Source of the DNA: the human T2T-CHM13v2.0 reference genome, Homo sapiens
DNA length: 64,000 nt
Assembly (NCBI RefSeq): GCF_009914755.1
Contig: NC_060946.1
Strand: one strand, 5' to 3'
Positions 57,631-64,000 of the stretch are shown in pieces. The notes under the pieces were generated by a model. The model made no database searches and was not told the DNA's origin. It worked only from the letters and a program-made list of their open reading frames with translations. Position 1 is the first letter of the stretch. Each line of letters begins with the position of its first letter. The position numbers and the translations under genes were made by a program.

Positions 57631-58938
57631 ATTTACTAATCCCTTGTAGATTATAGTCTCCCAGGAAAATGATTACTCAGTGAAACAGTAGGAAAGTGTA
57701 AAGGTTTAATAGGAAAAGCCGGAATATATTCCAAAAGGGTTGTGAAAGCCGTACTGTAAATAGTAGTTTCTGAATTTATCTGCTTTTATGTATCCAGAAC
57801 CTCTTGGTTGTCAACATTCTTTTAATTTTTTTGTCAATCTGCTATCTATGTGGCAAAAAAACATGTTTCTATTTCAATTTTTCAACTGATATATTTGAGT
57901 TACCTTTCAGTTGATTTATACTTATTTGAGTTTTCTGTTCCCTCAGTTAATCCGCTCAATTCCTTGGCCCTGTGAGGGGTTTCTCTCACCTTGGAGTCCC
58001 CAAGCACTGACACCTTTGTCAGGTGTGGGGTTGCTGTAGTTATTTCTCAACACTCCCTTTAAGGTTTTAAAAGACCCAGTTCAGTTGCTTTAAGTCAAAA
58101 GGGTTGTCTTAGGGTATCTTATCCTGTGCCCTGTCTCTAAAACAGAAAGAAAGTGAGCCTTCCCCATGCCCTTCCCCCTAAGTCAGGGACAGACATAGAG
58201 CCTCAGGTAGCTTAAAGGGAATTTCATGCAACCCCCACCGTGGAAGATTCTCTTTCTTACTTGTGTTTTTCTGAGCAGCCATTTGACATCACAAAGCTTT
58301 ATTTTCTCATTTGTAGGCTGAGTATGTTTTTTTGGGAATTCTCTGGGATAATGCTCTTCATAAAGATTATTAATACAAGTGGGTGCTGTTGTCTTACAGC
58401 TGATATGATATCGTGAAGGCCTTGAATGTATTCATGGATTAATTATTCTCTACCTCCACATTAAATTTGATATCAGAGGCCTAAAACCTTTTTCACCATA
58501 AACACCCATGTCCTCCACATGCCCAAGTCTCTGAAGGATGGAGATTTCCTCATCCAAGCTCCACATTCCAAGCCTCTGGTGTTTCATGGTCTTGCCATGA
58601 AAAGTCTTGTCCCCTCCCCAGGAGGAAATGAGTCTATTCTTAACCTAGAGGTGTGAATGATGCCAATGCGCCAAACCAGGCACAACGGAGAAGCTGACGA
58701 AGTCCCTGACAGCAGCCTTCCAGGGTCAAACTCTCTTCTTTTTATCATTTTTCTCAAGTTTTACCAGGACTTCCTCACCACTCTGTAGTTCCTGGACCAG
58801 CTGTCTAGTAGTTGAGCATATGTCTTCTCCAAGGCACAGTGGTGACTCTGCCAGCTACTAACTGTGTCTTAGCATACCAGTGCATCTTTATCAGCCGCCT
58901 CAATTTGCATCTTTATAGAGAATTGTAAAATGAACCTC

Positions 58939-59487
58939 TGTTCTGTACGAGAGACATGCAAGGGGAGAAGAAAACACACCCAAAAAAACCTTTAAGGGTA
59001 AACAAGCTTTATCTGACGTAAATGGCAGTGCAGCTATAATAAGCAAATTGCAATGGGAAGGGGAGAAGGGAAACATATATACATATTTACGCCCACCAGA
59101 CTGCGGAGGATTCATTACCAGACCGGGAAGCAACAGCCTCGACTCCAGAGTAGGTCACCCGTCCCTGCACAGACAAGAAGAGGTCTTAGGAAGTTTCAGC
59201 GTGGCCTAGGGCCCTAGTTCTTTTTGTAATGAGTTGTTTGGCATGAGGCCCAGTCACGAGGGCTCTTCACAACTGGGCTCAAGGAACTTGAAAAGGTTAT
59301 CTTGTTTTTGCAATTGTCTGTGGTTTTTCAATAACTAACACATAGGAATAGATTGAAATAGATATTTCTCCAAAACAGTGCCAGATGAATGCTTCAAGTG
59401 GCTCATGCAACCTGTCTGGGACTTAATGACCATTGCTTTTGTCCATGTTCAATTGAATTCAAATTTAATATTTAACTTTCCCCCACA
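58939..59487 (-). mobile_element. LTR66-like solo LTR
   Basis: tgttctgtacg...tttaactttcccccaca; 5-bp TSD acctc/acctt. Confidence 0.9.
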
Positions 59488-62009
59488 ACCTTATATGTTT
59501 TTTGTGAGAAATGAATGGCATACAATATGAAAAGTGGTTTCCTAATGCTCGGCTTTGTGGAAAGTCTGCTGGGGCATGCTCTGATTGTTCGTATTTATTA
59601 CTTTTTTCTCTTCTTTCACCCCAGAAGGTCTTTCATGTCACAGTGACTCATGTCCCTCTATAATTGGACAATCATATAGAAAACAAACATGTTCTTACAT
59701 TTGTAAAGGGCACTTGAGCTTCCTGTTAGCTGGACTTTGTCCTTGAAACAGAGAGATCCTGTAGGAAAGAGTCCCCAGGCACACTCAGACATAGCTAAAA
59801 AGGTTGTAGTTAGGGCTTATTTATTCATCACATATATATAACGCAGTTTTCCAGACACTTGGTCTAATTCAGTGAAGACAACAGATGACAGTTCCTGGGC
59901 CACAATTTACTTCAGGGAGTCAGACACTCAGAGTGGACATCATAAGCAGGTCATGTTCACAGAATGTGAGAACTGATGTTCTCATGCTCTCCTCTAGGAA
60001 TGGATGCACCTGTCAGCTTCTGATCAGAACGACAGACCCAGGATCAAGCATAACATTTAAATAGACGAATAAAACTTTTTTCCAAAAAGGAACATCGCTT
60101 TATGATAAAAACTCTCAACAAATTAGGTGTAAAGTAAATTCACTTCAAAGCATTAAAGGCCATGTATTACAAATGAATAGCTGGGCGGGCAGATCTGCCA
60201 TAAGGCAAGGGCATCCGCTTCCCTAGATACATATCCAGGGGCACAGAGAATGAGCAGTTCCAGGGTTGTGTCTCACATGGGGTCCTCTCCAGGTCGGTTT
60301 CAAGAGGACAGGACTGGGGTTCTGTATCCACTTCTGTGGAGAGCTGGAAGTAAAATGAGCTATGCTCCACCTCAGCCTAATGTAGACAATGGCTACAGAG
60401 AAGACTGTTTTCTTCCTCATAAATAGGGGTGCTCGAAGTGGGTAACCTTGTTTCACATACTCATAAGTGTCTGCCAGCCTTGATTCTTCATTGGTGAACT
60501 AAGACTCTTTGCTCTGAAACTCTGCAGAAATGCTTCTACTCCCTGGAGGCCCTTCAAATCAGAGAGAGGCATGGCCACTCCAGAGGCATTTTGGGTAGAT
60601 AAAGATGGGATAGAGCTAAAGGTGTCAGAACACTGGACCCTGAGTCTGAAGTCATGGGAAAATGCCAGTTCCTGTTGGGTTTTTGAGCTCCTCATTTGAA
60701 AGTCGTATTAAATAATTTCCCTGGATAAGGGGAGGGTGCCTCATGAGTAAATAGCACACTCCAAATGGTGGAGGCAAAGAGAGGGCAATGGAGGATTCCA
60801 AGGTCACTCAGTATACTTGGAGCCTTCAGATTCTGCTCCTTTGTCCTCTGGAACTCCAAAGAGTCAGTGTCTTGAGGACACAAAACAATGGTACCTGATT
60901 TGTTCCATAATGTTCCTGCATGGGGCTGCAGTGTTAGTGATGGCCTGGAGGTGGTTACAGCCTGCTGTGTTTCTGGTGCCTATTGAGCTTTGCTGGAGCA
61001 GCTGGAGCAAGTAAGAGTCACACACCTCAAGTTATTATCAACAATTTCCACATTGCCCACTTAGCCAATCTTTTTTCCCTTGCACTCACCCTTTGCCAGC
61101 TACCCTGGTGGGTCCAACATGTGGCACAGAAAATGATTACATCATGCCTGCATACCCCTCCAAGGACAGAACAGTCTGAAGCCAGCTCGACAAAAGCACT
61201 AAAGCAAGTATATATAAAAGAAAAGAGCAAGGACTATTATATAAAGTAGAATGTTGAGAAGAAGAGCTGCAAAGTCATTGCATGGGGGGACCCAAAGTCC
61301 TCACTGAGGTGATCTTTAATCCATGATGAGAATGACAACAGGGAGGCATCTCTGCACAAGAATGTGTCAGTGAGAAGCCACCCTTGGTGAAGAGTCTTAC
61401 AGGTGTGAGTTTGGCAGAGATTAGAAAGGGACCAATTTGGTACAGACAGCCTGAGGAAGAGATAAGCAGAGGCATGGAGAATCCTGGGGCTTGGGAGATG
61501 AGGCTAGATATCGGCTCCTTTCTGACAACATTGCCCTAAAACTTAGCACCTTTCAATAGTATATACTATCTCACAATTTGTGTGGACCAGAATCTGGACA
61601 CAGTTTAGTTAGCTGCCTCTGCCTTCAGGTCTCTTATGAGATTGGGGCTGTGGTCTCAACTGAATGTGGACCGGAAAAGCATCAACCTTTAGGCTCATGC
61701 TTGTGAAAATTGGCAGGGTTAAGGGTAGACTGAGAGCATGACTTTACTTCTGTCTACTGCCTGAGCACTCCCTCCGTTCTTTGTTATGTGCGTCTGTACA
61801 TAGAGCATCTCATAGCATTGGAGCTTGCTTCCTCTGTTTGAGGAATACAATTGAAAGACAGAATTAGGCAAACAGTTTCACACAAAGAGACATAAAGAAA
61901 TGGAAAGACTGAGGAAGCAAATAGGAAAAACCCAGTAGGAGGAATAATGACAGCTTTAAAAAAACTTGAGAGTTACAATAATTTGTATTAAAATTGTAAC
62001 CCCCAGTGT

Positions 62010-62296
62010 AATGCTATAAGGAGATAGGTTGTAATTAACTCCTGAGGTTGAGGCCATCATGATTGAGATTACTGGCTTTATACAGGAAAGCCCAGAGGGA
62101 TGTCTATCTCCTTCTACCAAATGAGAATAAAATTTGATGTGTGCAGTCTGAAATTCAGAAGAGTCATCACCAGAGCTCAACCATGCTGATACCCTGATCT
62201 CAAATTTCCAACCTCTAGGAGTGTGAGAAATTAAATCCTGTTGTCTATAAGCTGTCTAGTTCATGGTTCTTTGGTATAGCAGCCTGAACTAATACA
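62010..62296 (+). mobile_element. MaLR LTR (MLT1A-like)
   Basis: accatgctgataccctgatctcaaatttccaacctctaggagtgtgagaaattaaatcctgttg...gtatagcagcctgaactaataca. Confidence 0.75.
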
Positions 62297-62957
62297 AAGT
62301 CATACACTATTCTGTATTCCATTTGACAGAAGCTGAATTTGTGCCTTCAAACTGTTAAAAAAAAAAAAGACTTTAAAAATTGGATATTCAGAATGAAAGA
62401 TAAGAAACAGCTTGTTGAAACACTTAAATCTCCTCTGCTTATAAGATTTTAAAAAATTGGCTGAAATATGTTGGAAGCAATATGGCCAACTGAAGTCCAT
62501 GGAGAATGAGTTTGCTGATGTTAGAGCCCAAATTTCCGTTGCATGTTTCATATTAACTCTCCCTGAATATTCATGTGACCTGTGAGGAAGCAAGAGGAGA
62601 TGACTGTGCATGTCTCATGACTTTCCATATTACTACTTTCCTTCCAGCAATCCCCTCCTAATCCAGAGCCCACTTCTTAAGCATTTTTTAATCAACACCT
62701 TAAAGCCTATATAAGGAAACTGATTTGAGCTGGACTCCTATCTCCTGTTGGCCAACCTACAACAAGATGCCATTTTTCTCAAAACCCAAGTGCCATACTA
62801 CAGGCATCGAGCAGTAGGTCATTTTGTTCAATAACAAACTGAGTCACTAACCACCTAGTGCTGGGAGACTTTGTGAAGGCTTTCCCCAACTTAGGTGAGA
62901 TAAGGCACATGGATATAATTCTATATATAATAAGAAGTCACTAGAAAGTTTAATAGT

Positions 62958-63298
62958 TGTATTAGTCCATTTTTATACCGCAATGATGGAATACCTGGGA
63001 CTGGGTAATTTATAAAGAAAAGAGGTTTAATTGACTCACAGTTCCACAAGATTGGGTGGGGGAGGCTCAGAAACCTTCCAATTATGGTGGTCAACAAGTG
63101 AAGTGAGTGAGAGCAGGGGATACACCAGAAGCTTATGAAACCATCAGATCTCATGAGAACTCACTCACTATCACAAGAACAGCATGAGAAAAACCCGTCC
63201 CCATAATCCAATCAACTCCCCTCAGGTTTCTCCCTTAACACCTGGAGGTTATAATACAAAATGAGGTTGGGGTGGGGACACACAGCTAAACCACATCA
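62958..63298 (-). mobile_element. MaLR LTR (THE1/MST-type)
   Basis: tgtattagtccattttt...gggtaatttataaagaaaagaggtttaattgactcacagttc...ggggacacacagctaaaccacatca. Confidence 0.9.
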
Positions 63299-64000
63299 AT
63301 GCCAGAGGATGATATCTACATTTAATTTCAACCTCGTATTGCAGCAGAATGAAACTGAAGCCCAGTGGGGAAGTGACTTTCCCAAGATTACACTGCTGGA
63401 CCCCAGGCCTACCTGAGTTGTGGCCCATGCTACCTCCCACCTATTCTCCTAATGCTTCCATCTCTAAGTGTGTGCATTATTTACAGGTGAAACTACACCA
63501 CGATTTTTACATTTTGTCTTATATACATCTGATACATTCCCTAGGAAGTAGATAACATTATCCCCACTGTGCACGCTAGGAGGCTGGGGAAGCCTCAAAT
63601 ACACAGTGACTTTTATTAGGTCCCAGAGATGGTAAGAAAAACAAGGTTATTTTCCAGCTGTCTCTTATATCCTGGAACCCAGGATGCATTTAGGTCTTTC
63701 CAGGGAATTAAGGGGAAGTTGTGTTTGCATAATTGTGTACAAATAAAGAGTTGACATGGAAGAGGAGACTGAGCAATCAGTAGCATAGTGGGGCCTTTGG
63801 GTAGGTCTTATAGAAAGAAGGGGCCCAGTAGATGGAACCTTGAAGACTTCAACACACTTTCCTGGTGACAGAACCCCACAGCAGTTAAGAAACCAGGAAC
63901 CCACATTCTTGAGACAGCTCTGTATCCACTTCTGTTGGTGAGAGATGCTCAAGAGAGTGAGATGTCCTTTCATTGTGCCTTGATATTTCTGAGTTCTAGC

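Noticed and set aside
62410-62835. Probable additional ERV1-type LTR fragment (similar LTR-like stretches at 60180-60450 and 61520-61830)
   Set aside because: Looks LTR-like, but termini and family could not be fixed by eye.

Overview
Primate (human-like) repeat-rich genomic DNA with no intact protein-coding gene; nearly all ORF-track hits are repeat or pseudogene artefacts. In order, the window holds: old L1 with a Y3 RNA retrocopy; a nest of three LTRs; a ~20-unit 139-bp GC-rich satellite (ACRO138-like) dense in ZNF143-type motifs; a pol-deleted ERV1 provirus; ~12 kb of diverged compound beta-satellite with internal inversions; an ERV-L/HERV-S-class provirus (dUTPase plus env); a 5'-truncated L1PA; KRT18, CTBP2 and OOSP1 processed pseudogenes; many Alus; a CpG island with a second, inverted ~6-unit copy of the 139-bp repeat; an intron-containing RGL4/RalGDS-like pseudogene fragment; and solo LTRs. 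This combination suggests the rDNA distal junction of the acrocentric short arms or a paralogue (inference from memory, not checked). The main observation is that the two 139-bp arrays, each with ~0.8 kb of unique flank, are diverged inverted paralogues of one promoter-like module facing each other ~42-45 kb apart. Repeat subfamily names are from recall and need RepeatMasker/Dfam confirmation.
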